Source of the DNA: an uncultured candidate division Zixibacteria bacterium
GTDB taxonomy: Bacteria > Zixibacteria > MSB-5A5 > GN15 > FEB-12
NCBI GenBank assembly: GCA_963735035.1
Contig: CAVTJJ010000003.1
Location: 288,001 to 352,000 of the forward strand
Length of the DNA: 64,000 nt
Direction of reading: 5' to 3'
Below, piece by piece: positions 19,573 to 30,012 of the stretch. A program made the translations under genes and the position numbers. Below the pieces are notes generated by a model, which did not search any database, had not been told where the DNA came from, and was given only the letters and a program-made list of their open reading frames with translations. Each line of letters opens with the position of its first letter. The stretch's first letter is position 1.

Positions 19573-20226
19573 CTATACCACGCTGGCTGACGGACAAAGC
19601 TTGGCCAGAAAGCATTCGCTGCATTTCGGTTTGCGCGCCACGCAAACTGCCCGCCCGTGATCGATCAGCATATGCGAATATACGATCCAGTCGGATTGCG
19701 GCAAGACCTTCATCAGGTCCTGCTCGACCTTGACCGGATCGGTCTCGCGCGTCAGACCGAGCAGGCGGCTGATCCGGCCGACATGGGTATCGACTACTAC
19801 ACCCTCGGCCAGACCGAACCCGGCGCCGAGAACCACCGACGCCGTTTTGCGCCCCACTCCCGACAGCTTGACCAGTTCGTCCAGCGTGCGCGGTATCTCG
19901 CCTTCGTGACGCTCGATCAGTTGCAGGGCCGAGGCCTTGATCGCCTTGGCTTTGTTCACGTAGAAACCGGTGGCGAAGACTTCTTTCTGAAGCGCTTCCG
20001 GATCGGCTTCGGCAAAAGCCTGTACCGATGGATACTTCTTGAAGAGATCTGGCGTGACTTTGTTGACGCGTTCATCGGTGCATTGCGCCGACAGAATCGT
20101 CGCCACCAGAAGTTGGTGTGGGGTCTTGAAATCGAGCGAACAGTGCGATTTCGGATAATGCTTCTTGAGCAGCGCGACAATTTTCGCCGCCCGACCCTGA
20201 CGGTCTTTCTGTGATTCGCGCGGCAT
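19573..20226 (-). CDS. nth: Endonuclease III
   Basis: ILSAQCTD, LSGVGRKTA, VVDTHV, 4Fe-4S motif C-X6-C-X2-C-X5-C. Confidence 0.96.
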   Translation of the reverse strand: MPRESQKDRQGRAAKIVALLKKHYPKSHCSLDFKTPHQLLVATILSAQCTDERVNKVTPDLFKKYPSVQAFAEADPEALQKEVFATGFYVNKAKAIKASALQLIERHEGEIPRTLDELVKLSGVGRKTASVVLGAGFGLAEGVVVDTHVGRISRLLGLTRETDPVKVEQDLMKVLPQSDWIVYSHMLIDHGRAVCVARKPKCSECFLAKLCPSASVV

Positions 20227-20228
20227 GG

Positions 20229-21098
20229 CTACCCCGCACAGCCAAGAATGATCACGCGGTCCACCCCGGCCAGATCTTTGAGGTAGGCAAACGACTGATA
20301 CCGGTTGTCGCTTTCGGTCATCTGCGCGACTTTTTCAGCCTGGTCGTAACCGACTTCGAACATGATTCGTCCGCCGGGCGCCAGGAAATTTGGACCGTCG
20401 CGCAAGATCACGCGCACCGGGTCGAGTCCGTCTTCGCCCCCGACCATGGCGATGATTGGATCGTGCAGCACTTCTTTCTGGAGCGTCGGATACTCTTTTT
20501 CAGTGATGTACGGCGGATTAGACAAGATCAGATTGAACTTCTCCCCTTCGCGAAGAGCCCCAAAGAAATCCGACTTACGAAATTCAATGCGGTCGGCCAC
20601 GTCCATGTCCCGGGCGTTCCGGCGAGCGACATCGAGGGCTTCTTCGGAGATGTCCAGCGCAACCACGGTGGCGTCCTTCAGCTCGGCCGCCATGGTGACG
20701 GCAATCACACCGGAGCCGGTGCCAAGATCGAGAATCCGGGATGATTTAATCCCGTTCGCACTCAGGAATTTCATACCGGCTTCGCACAGCGTCTCGGTCT
20801 CGGGCGTAGGCGCCATGACCGATTCATTGACGAAGAACTTCCGGCCGTAGAACCAGGATTCCTGAAGGATAAACTGGAGCGGGTAGCGTTCGCGACGGCG
20901 GTTAAGAATCTCATCGATTCTCTGCATCGCTTTGTCGTCGAGCAGTTCCTGTCCGTGCATATAGAGATTGAGCCGGTCGACCTCAAGTACATGACAGAGA
21001 ATCCATTCGACTTCGACCCGGGCGCAGTCGATACCTACATCTTCGAGCAGTTTGGCCCGCTCGGAGATGAAATGCGGCAGATATGGAACGTCAGCCAC
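20229..21098 (-). CDS. prmC: Release factor glutamine methyltransferase
   Basis: LDLGTGSG, NPPY motif; near prfA. Confidence 0.93.
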   Translation of the reverse strand: MADVPYLPHFISERAKLLEDVGIDCARVEVEWILCHVLEVDRLNLYMHGQELLDDKAMQRIDEILNRRRERYPLQFILQESWFYGRKFFVNESVMAPTPETETLCEAGMKFLSANGIKSSRILDLGTGSGVIAVTMAAELKDATVVALDISEEALDVARRNARDMDVADRIEFRKSDFFGALREGEKFNLILSNPPYITEKEYPTLQKEVLHDPIIAMVGGEDGLDPVRVILRDGPNFLAPGGRIMFEVGYDQAEKVAQMTESDNRYQSFAYLKDLAGVDRVIILGCAG

Positions 21099-21118
21099 GG
21101 GTAGCCCTATCGCATCAA

Positions 21119-22082
21119 TCAGCGGGGAACGGCCCGATTCTTGGTCAAACCGATCACATACAGAGCGACCACCACGGCGATCCAGGAGTAACAGAACGTC
21201 TTGGTGAATTCACGTGAAAACTGGATTGAGTGCGGTATCAGGTAGATGAACATCATGACGGCGAACGTACTCACGCCTATCCAGCCACGCGTAATCGGCG
21301 AATAGAGATCACGCCCGAATCGTCCGCGACTGAACGAACCCAGAGTTGTCAGAGCCGCGAAGAGCAGATAGACCAGCAGAAGTTGTGTCTTGTTGTCGGT
21401 GGCATCGGTGCCGAACGGAACGCCTTCCCAGGTACCGTTGAAAGCATAGTAGTTCATGGGAATTCCGAGCGGGTACCCGCCCATGAAACAGGCGAACACC
21501 GCCCCGAAAAGATAGATCGACATCGGCCGGACATCGCCGCCACGAATGACGCCAATCCCTTCAACTGGCCGCCAGCGCCACAAAGAAGACCGTGGCGAAA
21601 GATGAACAGGAGATGTCCCAGCAGGACAACCAGATTGGTACTTCGCCGATATACTTGAGGAAGAACGGAGTACCGTCAGTCTGCGCGAACCGTGCGACCG
21701 GTGAGCCGGTCGCGTCAACCACTTCAAAGTAGTAATGGAATCGCCCGCCTCTGTCCCCGGCGGTTACGCTGACGGCATATTCGTTTGACTTAGCTCCCGA
21801 CGGAGTCATCTCAACCGCATCGAAATCGGTCATCTGAGCCGGTGTCAGACCACGCGGCTGGGAAGTACGAAATATTACACGCTTCCCCTCGATCGGTCCA
21901 GTTACCGAGACAGTAATCCTGTCAGTCTGCTGTTCCGTAATCTTGGGCACCGAAGTCATTTCAAAAGTGTACGGTCCGTCGGTGTGGGTCAGCAATTCCG
22001 GCCGCCCACGGGAATTATTGCGCGCGATGTGCAGCATTGCCAGGGTGGCCAGGAAGGCCACGCCAAACTTGATGAACTTCAT
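21119..22082 (-). CDS. Hypothetical membrane protein, apparently one gene broken by three small indels
   Basis: Correcting homopolymer indels near 21630, 21599 and 21567 gives a continuous ...[36 protein letters not shown]... joining ORFs 21561..22082 and 21119..21727. Confidence 0.7.
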
Positions 22083-23170
22083 CCGTTCTTGCTCCTTATG
22101 CCCGGTTCAGCAAATTTCAACCGCTCGGCTTGATCGTGCTCGCGTAGCGGCTGGATCAGACAATCAACATCGCCGCTGAGGATTTCGCTCAAACGATGCA
22201 GCGTCAAGCCGATGCGATGATCGGTAACTCGCGATTGCGGAAAATTATAGGTCCGAATCTTGGCGGAACGATCGCCGGTGGAAACCATGGATCGCCGCTC
22301 GGCCTCGATCTTGGCGTTTCGCTCGGCGAGCATTTTGTCGTACAGACGGGCGCGCAGGACTTTCAGAGCCTTAGCCCGGTTCTTGATCTGCGATTTTTCG
22401 TCCTGGCAGGTCACCACCAGACCGGTTGGTATGTGGGTAATCCGAACCGCCGAGTCGGTCGTGTTGACCGACTGGCCGCCGTGGCCGGTGGAACGGTAGA
22501 CGTCAACCCGGATGTCTTCTTCCCTGATTTCGACTTCGACTTCCTCGGCTTCCGGAAGAACGGCGACCGTAATCGCCGAGGTATGTATGCGCCCCTGCGA
22601 TTCGGTGGCTGGGACGCGCTGGACACGATGCACGCCCGATTCGAATTTCATCTGGCCGTAGGCGGCTTCGCCTTCGAGCGCGAAGATTATTTCTTTGAAG
22701 GCGCCGGGGATAGAGTCCGAGGTGCTGAGCACTTCAAGTTTCCACCCCTTACGATCGGCGTAACGCTGGTACATGCGAAAGACATCGGCCACAAACAGCC
22801 CCGCCTCGTCGCCGCCGGTGCCGGCCCGGATTTCGACTACGGCCGGTTTGTCGTCGGTGGGATCGCGCGGCAGCAAACGAAGTTTGAATTCCCGTTCGGC
22901 TGCGTCGATAAGCGCCTCGTTTTCGGCCAACTCTTCACGCGCCATCGCCATCATATCGTCGTCGCCGCCTTCTTCGATTATCTCCTGAGCATCGTCAATG
23001 CTCTTGCGAACACGGCGGTATTCCTGTCCGGCCTCTAGAATGTTAACGAGCTGACTTCGCTCGCGATTCAGCTCGATCAGTTTCTTGCGGTCGGCCAGGT
23101 TGACGGGGTCGGACAGTTGTTGGTCCAACTCGGCCAGGCGCGTTTCAAGTCTGTCAATAATCTCCAACAT
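22079..23170 (-). CDS. prfA: Peptide chain release factor 1
   Basis: [12 protein letters not shown] (PxT motif, RF1), GGQ motif, IRTYNFPQ. Confidence 0.97.
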   Translation of the reverse strand: MLEIIDRLETRLAELDQQLSDPVNLADRKKLIELNRERSQLVNILEAGQEYRRVRKSIDDAQEIIEEGGDDDMMAMAREELAENEALIDAAEREFKLRLLPRDPTDDKPAVVEIRAGTGGDEAGLFVADVFRMYQRYADRKGWKLEVLSTSDSIPGAFKEIIFALEGEAAYGQMKFESGVHRVQRVPATESQGRIHTSAITVAVLPEAEEVEVEIREEDIRVDVYRSTGHGGQSVNTTDSAVRITHIPTGLVVTCQDEKSQIKNRAKALKVLRARLYDKMLAERNAKIEAERRSMVSTGDRSAKIRTYNFPQSRVTDHRIGLTLHRLSEILSGDVDCLIQPLREHDQAERLKFAEPGIRSKNG

Positions 23171-23240
23171 AGAACAATATCCTCTACAAACGGGAACGTA
23201 TGAGATACAGTCCCCGGGGGCAAGAGCTATTGAGGACCAG

Positions 23241-24221
23241 CTACAACACGGGAATGCGCCGGCAAGTTAATTTGGAATTGGTCACCCCGAGCGACGCCTC
23301 AAGGGCGGCGATGGCGACCTCGAGTTGTTCCAGCGACGGTTCTTTGGTCGTAATGCGCTGTAGCCAGAGACCGGGAGCGATCAGAACGCGGGTGATGGCG
23401 CTGTCGCGAGTGCGGCCGGAAAGCTTGAGTAGTTCATACGACGTACCGGCCACAATCGGCAGCAAGCTGAAATGCACTCCGAACCGGGTGGCCAGCAGCG
23501 GGGCGTGACCCGTTATGACGGCGTAGATCGAATCCGATACGGAATAGACCAGTATGGCCAGGATGGCTACTATTAATATGAACGAAGTGCCGCAGCGGGG
23601 ATGGAATCGGGTAAAAGTAGCCGCCGCCTGGGGGGTGAGCTCCTGACCCATTTCATAGGCGTAAATTGATTTGTGCTCCGCGCCGTGGTATTCGAAAACG
23701 CGACGAAATTCACCGAATAAAGAGATGGCCCAAACATAGAGCAGGAAGAGTGTCAATCGTACCGCTCCGGCGACCAGGTTGAACCCGACCGCGTCGCGAC
23801 TGTAACCGAACAGTTCGGACATTCCCTCGGCGGCAGCCAGAGGCAGGTAGAAGAAAATGCCGATCCCCATGGCCATAGCGAATAGCGCTGTCACGGCCAG
23901 CAGGAATGTGTTGCGTTTCTTCTTACTGGGGGTGTACTCGCGCCCTTCCTTGACCGCTTCTTCCTTTTCGGCCTCTTGAATAGCAATCTCTGCGGAAAAA
24001 TTGAGGGTCTTGATCCCCAGCACGAGCATTTCTACAAAGGCGACCGCGCCACGAATGATAGGTGTATTCAGAATCTTATAGCGACTGGCGAGCGGGGTGA
24101 ACGGTTCGGTCTTGATCAGGATTTCACCGTTGGGGGTACGCACCGCCGTGGCCACGCGCTCTTTGGAGCGCATCATGACCCCTTCGATTACCGCTTGTCC
24201 GCCTACGTTCAGATCCGCCAT
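23241..24221 (-). CDS. DUF1385 domain membrane protein
   Basis: [27 protein letters not shown]; usual position between rpmE and prfA. Confidence 0.92.
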   Translation of the reverse strand: MADLNVGGQAVIEGVMMRSKERVATAVRTPNGEILIKTEPFTPLASRYKILNTPIIRGAVAFVEMLVLGIKTLNFSAEIAIQEAEKEEAVKEGREYTPSKKKRNTFLLAVTALFAMAMGIGIFFYLPLAAAEGMSELFGYSRDAVGFNLVAGAVRLTLFLLYVWAISLFGEFRRVFEYHGAEHKSIYAYEMGQELTPQAAATFTRFHPRCGTSFILIVAILAILVYSVSDSIYAVITGHAPLLATRFGVHFSLLPIVAGTSYELLKLSGRTRDSAITRVLIAPGLWLQRITTKEPSLEQLEVAIAALEASLGVTNSKLTCRRIPVL

Positions 24222-24399
24222 GCGACGATTCTCAGATTGTCCGCTGGGTTCTTCATTACTAAGACTAAATACGCTTCCAAAAATCAAAACCGCGAGCTTT
24301 AGATCAATCTAAAATCATGCTCGCGGCTGATCCACTAAAACCGCTTGCCGCCTGAAACGCCAGGAGACTGTCGGCGGTTCTCCGGTTTCGGCAACCGGG

Positions 24400-24630
24400 C
24401 TACTTCTCTTTGGCCGTATCTGCGTCTTTGGCCGGAATGTTGTACTTGCGACGGAACCTCTCGACACGACCGGCGGTGTCCATAAGCTTCTGCCGGCCCG
24501 TAAAGAACGGATGGCAGTTGGAGCAAATTTCAACCGCGATCGACTTCGAGGTTGAGCGGGTCGGATAGGTCGCGCCACAAGCGCAAGTGATGGTCAATTC
24601 GCTGTACTTCGGGTGAATCCCGGGTTTCAT
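24400..24630 (-). CDS. rpmE: 50S ribosomal protein L31 (Zn-binding C+ form)
   Basis: MKPGIHPKY...CACG...[12 protein letters not shown]...DTAGRVERF. Confidence 0.96.
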   Translation of the reverse strand: MKPGIHPKYSELTITCACGATYPTRSTSKSIAVEICSNCHPFFTGRQKLMDTAGRVERFRRKYNIPAKDADTAKEK

Positions 24631-24798
24631 CTGTCTAACCTCTATTAGCAGTTCATTATCTTCCGGTAATGCTTGCGGGCGACCCAAGGTCACCCAGCCA
24701 GCCGAACAATATATGGAATTGGATCAAAACCGCAAGGGCAAAGCCATAATTTTGACCAAACCCCACCACTTCTTAGTCGTTCAACAAGATACGGCGGC

Positions 24799-25458
24799 TC
24801 AGGTTCCCGACTGCGCCAGCACTGTCGACCAGTAATACTTATTGTGAATCAACGACTTGACTCGAAACCGTCGGCCCAAGATGGCCGCCAGCTCTTCCGC
24901 ACTGAAGTAATTCTTAACGATTATGAACGACCGACCGTCAGACAATTCCCGCTTCTTATAATTGTTGCCGTTCTCGTCCAGTTGCGGCACAACCGGGGAT
25001 CCTTCGGCGGGAGGATTGTTGTCGATCATCCAAATCAGGCCATCGACGCGCAAGGGTCTGGTCAGGACTTCAAACAGCCTTTCGTATTCCTGGCGCGGTT
25101 GGTGTGAGAACCAAAAACCGAGCGCCACCAGATCGAACTTGCCTTCGCCGAACGAATCGACAAACATATCGGCCGCGCTGAAACTGACCGGACAACCGTA
25201 CTCTTTCTTGCGGGCCTCAATCAGGGTTTCGGGGGCAACATCGGACGCTACAATCGACTTAGCTGTCCGACTCATCACCTGAGTCCAGTAACCGGTGCCG
25301 CACGCCAGTTCCAATACGTCCTTGCCGGCCACTAGCTCGGCCAGACGTTCGCCTTCGGCCACCAGCTCCGCGCGACGAACCGGGTCATCACGGTAATAGA
25401 TTTGCTCGTATTCCGGCGCCCGGGCACGATAGTATTTTTCTATGTCATCGCCTTGCAT
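24799..25458 (-). CDS. Class I SAM-dependent methyltransferase
   Basis: YYRARAPEYE, VLELACGTGYWT, FWFSH; ATG at 25458 overlaps the upstream stop. Confidence 0.88.
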   Translation of the reverse strand: MQGDDIEKYYRARAPEYEQIYYRDDPVRRAELVAEGERLAELVAGKDVLELACGTGYWTQVMSRTAKSIVASDVAPETLIEARKKEYGCPVSFSAADMFVDSFGEGKFDLVALGFWFSHQPRQEYERLFEVLTRPLRVDGLIWMIDNNPPAEGSPVVPQLDENGNNYKKRELSDGRSFIIVKNYFSAEELAAILGRRFRVKSLIHNKYYWSTVLAQSGT

Positions 25459-26065
25459 ATTTCTTCCTGACAATTCCGGCCAGACGGCGACCGAGCCGGT
25501 CAGCCTCGTGCAACCTATCCGGTTTGTCCATGACATCGCCGACTCGTTCGGCATCAATACTTTGATGTATAACCAGGCCTTCGTTGGTGACCTCGATCCA
25601 CTTGAAGAATCCGGCGATACACCGCCGGGCGCCTTCGACCCAGGCCTTTTCCCCGCCGACCAAGACCATTGCGCCCGGACGAGATCGAGCGATTCGCTGG
25701 ACAAAATGTCGCTCCCCTTCCGCCCGATCAAAATTATAGGGACGGATACAATTGCAGCGATCGATAAACAGTTTGGCCGAAGCAGATACCGAATCGAAAT
25801 AAATCGGCGAACCGAATAAGAGACAGTCGCACTTCACTACTTTGTCATATAGCTCGGTCATGGCGTCATCGATGAAACAGTAGTTAGGCATAGGAGATTC
25901 ACCGCAGGCCTGACAGGCGCTGATATCGTAATCCGAGAGGCGAATCAACTCGTGGCGCGATTTGACATCCAACCGACTGCTAATACTCGCCGCGATGCGA
26001 TCCAACAGAATCTCGGTTGAGGAGCCGGACACCGGCGAGGCGCACAGCGAAAGAATCTTAATCAA
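25445..26065 (-). CDS. Flavodoxin-fold / iron-sulfur flavoprotein family (NADPH-dependent FMN reductase-like)
   Basis: ASP..GSST, CQACG..C..DD, GSPIYF...KLFIDR; TTG start with GGAGGAG RBS. Confidence 0.82.
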   Translation of the reverse strand: MIKILSLCASPVSGSSTEILLDRIAASISSRLDVKSRHELIRLSDYDISACQACGESPMPNYCFIDDAMTELYDKVVKCDCLLFGSPIYFDSVSASAKLFIDRCNCIRPYNFDRAEGERHFVQRIARSRPGAMVLVGGEKAWVEGARRCIAGFFKWIEVTNEGLVIHQSIDAERVGDVMDKPDRLHEADRLGRRLAGIVRKKYARR

Positions 26066-27941
26066 GCTCGGTCTCCTCCAGCCGGTCGAGTTCCGCATAC
26101 AATTCGAGAATGTCATTCTCTAATTCGCGAACCCGTTCGGTCGTCTTGTGCAAATGCTCCCAGTCGTCGGCTTTCTCGGAGGCAGTTAAGTCAATTTCGG
26201 TCTTGGCCAGATCGGCTTCAGCCGCCTCGATCTTGAGGCGAACCGTTTCAAGCGCCTTACGGTGCCGTGAGCGTTGTTTGGACTTTTCTTTGAATTCGAG
26301 GAATTCCTGTTTGTCCGATGAACTCTTGAGTTTTGGTCCGGGTTCCGCCGCGGCCATCTTTTCTGCAAAAGCGGTGTAGTTGCCGCTGTAAACACGGGCA
26401 CGACCGTCACGCAGATGCACAATTCGATCAACCACCTGATCGAGAAAGTAACGGTCGTGGCTAACGATCAAACAACTGCCGTCGTATTCCTGCAGAGCCG
26501 ACTCGAGCGCTTCGCGCGCCTGCATGTCGAGGTGATTGGTGGGCTCGTCCATGATGATCAGGTTGGCCGGATGATAGAGCAGCCGTGCCAAGCAGAGCTT
26601 GGTCTTTTCGCCGCCCGAAAGTGCCGCCACTCGCTTCAGCACATCCTCACCGGTAAATCCGAACCGGGCCAGAAATGACCGCATCGGGCCGACCTCGGCG
26701 GCCGGATCGAGCGCCCAGAGATTGTCCAGCACCGTTGCGCTTTCAACAAGGTCCGACAGGTCCTGATCGAAATAGGCGACGTCGACATTGTTCCCCAGGC
26801 GAATATTCCCGGACGCGGGTGTCAATTCACCTATCAATGCTTTCAAGAGAGTCGACTTGCCGCACCCGTTGCGCCCAACGAGACCGACTTTCTCGCCCCG
26901 ATAGATATCAAACTCGATCTCCTGAATGACCGGTTCGTTGCCGTATGAGACCGAGACTTCCTCTACCGACAAGACGTGCGAGTAAGACCGCCCGGACGAC
27001 TGTACGGAGATGGTCGGCCCGACATCATCCGATCGGGGCGGCGGCAGACGTTTGATGCGACCGAGATACTTCAGTTTCGACTGCGCCTGTTTGGTCTTTT
27101 GTCCGGCCATATTGCGGCGGATGAATTCTTCGAGCCGCTTGATTTCTTCCTGCTGGTGGCGATACCAGTGTGCTGCCTGCTCGCGACGGGCGTGTCTCTC
27201 TACCAGGTAGCGACTGATGCCACCGGCGTATCTTTCGATCTTGGCGAAACTGAGATCCCAGACTTCATCTGTCACAGCCTGAAGAAAAGTCCGGTCATGC
27301 GACACAATCACCACCGTCTTCTGTGATTCCTTGAGGAACTGCTCCAGCCAGGTTGTTGATTCGATATCAAGATGGTTGGTGGGCTCATCGAGCAGGACCA
27401 GATTTCCCTGCCCTGCCAGAAGACGGGCCAAGCCAGCGCGGTTACGCTCGCCGCCGGAGAAGTTCCGCAGACGCTCACCGAACCGGTCCCGAGGAAACCC
27501 GAGACCGTTAAGGATCGCAGAGATCTGGGAATCGAAACCGAAGCCGTCGAGTCGTTCATAGTCGTGCTGAAGTGTTCCGAGTCGCTCCAACTGGCTGCGG
27601 TCGGACGGGTTCTCTTCGAGAAAGTGTTCAAGCGAGGCGATTTCGCGTCGCATCCGGATCAACTCGGCCCGGGCATCGGCGACAAAATCGAACAGCGTCA
27701 TGTCGAGATATTCGTTCTTCTCCTGCTCGACATAATCAATGAGGCAGTCCTTGGCGCGGTTAACCGTACCCGAATCGACTGACTGTTTCCCCGCCATGAT
27801 TTCCAGAAGTGTGGTCTTGCCGATTCCGTTCTTGCCGACCAGGGCGATATGTTCGCCGGACTGAATCGCGAATGAGACCTGATCCAGAATGATCTGGTCT
27901 TTGTGGCGCTTGCAGAGATTTTCGGCGGTGAGCAGAGTCAT
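26058..27941 (-). CDS. ABC-F family ATP-binding protein
   Basis: Two ABC domains (GKNGIGKTT, GRNGCGKST), LDEPTNHLD twice, KQAQSK linker, no TM segments. Confidence 0.93.
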   Translation of the reverse strand: MTLLTAENLCKRHKDQIILDQVSFAIQSGEHIALVGKNGIGKTTLLEIMAGKQSVDSGTVNRAKDCLIDYVEQEKNEYLDMTLFDFVADARAELIRMRREIASLEHFLEENPSDRSQLERLGTLQHDYERLDGFGFDSQISAILNGLGFPRDRFGERLRNFSGGERNRAGLARLLAGQGNLVLLDEPTNHLDIESTTWLEQFLKESQKTVVIVSHDRTFLQAVTDEVWDLSFAKIERYAGGISRYLVERHARREQAAHWYRHQQEEIKRLEEFIRRNMAGQKTKQAQSKLKYLGRIKRLPPPRSDDVGPTISVQSSGRSYSHVLSVEEVSVSYGNEPVIQEIEFDIYRGEKVGLVGRNGCGKSTLLKALIGELTPASGNIRLGNNVDVAYFDQDLSDLVESATVLDNLWALDPAAEVGPMRSFLARFGFTGEDVLKRVAALSGGEKTKLCLARLLYHPANLIIMDEPTNHLDMQAREALESALQEYDGSCLIVSHDRYFLDQVVDRIVHLRDGRARVYSGNYTAFAEKMAAAEPGPKLKSSSDKQEFLEFKEKSKQRSRHRKALETVRLKIEAAEADLAKTEIDLTASEKADDWEHLHKTTERVRELENDILELYAELDRLEETELD

Positions 27942-27944
27942 CGG

Positions 27945-30009
27945 CTACTCCTCGGCCGATTTTCGACCCAGAAGCATCTCCACCGCCAACAGGACCGCCG
28001 CTGCCCAGAGGAAAAGCGGCCAGAGTTCACGACCGACCCGATACTTGGAAAGACTCTCCGCCAGAGCGTCGGTATATCCCACACGTCTGAATGGCTGCGA
28101 CCCGAGTGATGCGGCCATTTGATCCGGATCGATAGGTCGCCAGGTCGCATTCCGCCGGATTGATGTTGACCGCAAAGCGATCGATCTCGCGCCCGCGAGT
28201 CGCCAGATGATATATCCCGGCTTGATCGGCGTCGTTGATCCGCACGAGGGTCGCACCCTGATCGTCTTCAGAAGACAGTCCGACCACGGTGCTGTCGGGC
28301 CGCATGAGATCGATCCCGAAACCGACCGCCTGATTGGAAGGCAGCGAACGCGTGATAGTCTGCCCGGCAAACAGCTTGATCTCGAGACTGGTAAGATCCG
28401 AAGACAGATACTCGATCACACGGGAGACAAACGGCACGAAGAATCCCTGGCTGGTCAGGTCGCAGTAGTTCGGCGCCATGGGGCCCGCAAATGTTATGAC
28501 TCTCCCCTGTCCCGCTGATGTCTCTACCAGCGCAGGCATTCCGCCGGTGAAACTCATGAGCACTTTGCCGGAACTACCGACCTTGACCTGAGGCAACGTA
28601 TAGAATTTAACTTCGGGCGGTCGGCTTTCCTTGAGCTTGAACGGAAGGAAGATCGGATGATTGAAATCTATCTGGTCGAACGTATAGAAACCCGCCCGTG
28701 TGAATGTCTGGCGCACTGGGCCATCGTAAGTGACCCCGGCCGTCTCGGACCAGACCGTGTTGAAATTCGTAATGTCGGTGTTACCGCCGTAGATCAGAAA
28801 CAGAGAACCGCCGCGACGGACATACGACTGTAAGCGCCGATTCTGGGCGTCATCGAGTCTCGGCACGCCGGATAATACCACCACACTGTAGTCCATGAAA
28901 TTTACGCCGGCGAGTTGATCGGGCGCGGCCGTCTTGACCGACCAGTACTGTGCACCTTCCTGATCAGGCACCAGGGCCAGCGAGAGCAGCGAAGTAACCG
29001 GATCGCCGTCAACGAGCAGAATATCGGACTGCTCCGGAATTTTGAAAGAGAAGTAGTAGCGGTTGTCGGGTGCAAAATGATCATCGGACAATTCCACATA
29101 ACCGGAGTGGAAACCGGTTCCGGCGACCGAGCGGGTGAAACGGACCGAGGTTTCGCTGCCGGCGGCCGCTTTGAAATCCATTTGGGCCACCCGACGGCCA
29201 TCGAGGTATAGCGAGGCAATTCGTGAGTCGCTGTCGGTCCGGTCGTAGTTACGGATAGTTGCGACCACGTCGAAGTCGTGTCCCGGATGAATGAGCTGTC
29301 CACCGAAATCGACCGCCACGATGCCGAGGTTGTCGATTTCTTCCTGTGGCAGTTCGACCAGATAGACCGGGATGTTGTGTCCTTTGAGCAGGTCTGCCTC
29401 GGGGAGTGACGACCGCTGTAGATCGGTCACGAGAAACAATTCGTGATTCAGGGACGGAGCCGATTCGAGCAGGTCGAGAGCGGTCTTCAGACCGGTCTGG
29501 AAATCAGTCGATGCCGCACCGCGATGCAGCCGCTGGAGTTCGGCGATAGCGGCGGCCGGCGATCCCATTGAGGGAGAACCCAGCCCGCCGGATCGGTCGA
29601 GCGGCACAATTGCAACCTGATCGGACGGCGAGAAGGTATTTATCAGTAGAACTGTTCGTTGTCTGGCTAAATCGAGCAGGTTGCCGTCGGCGACAGAGCG
29701 ATCCATCGAAACTGAATTGTCGAATAGGATGACGGCGGCTACGGCAGCGTGGGAGCCGACCGAACCTTCGCGCAGCGTGGGACGGGCAAAGGCAAGAACC
29801 GCCATGAGAATAATCAGCATCCGCAGGATCAACAGCAGCCACTGGCGCAGTTTGAGGCGTCGTAGCTGGCGTTTCTCCATTTGCTTCAGATGCTTTAGCG
29901 ACGAGAACTCCACCACCTTGACCCGACGTCGCGAAAACAAATGGATCAGGAGCGGAATAAGGGCCGCCGCCGCGGCCAGAAGTACGGTGCTGTTGAGAAA
30001 CCCAAACAT
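27945..30009 (-). CDS. BatA N-terminal + vWA domain protein, with a single frameshift near the 3' end
   Basis: IPLLIHLF..RR..VEFSS, LAFARP, DNSVSM MIDAS-like motif; removing one G at ~28140 restores the usual C-terminal GRELWPLFLWAAAVLLAVEMLL TM tail. Confidence 0.8.
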
Positions 30010-30012
30010 CGG

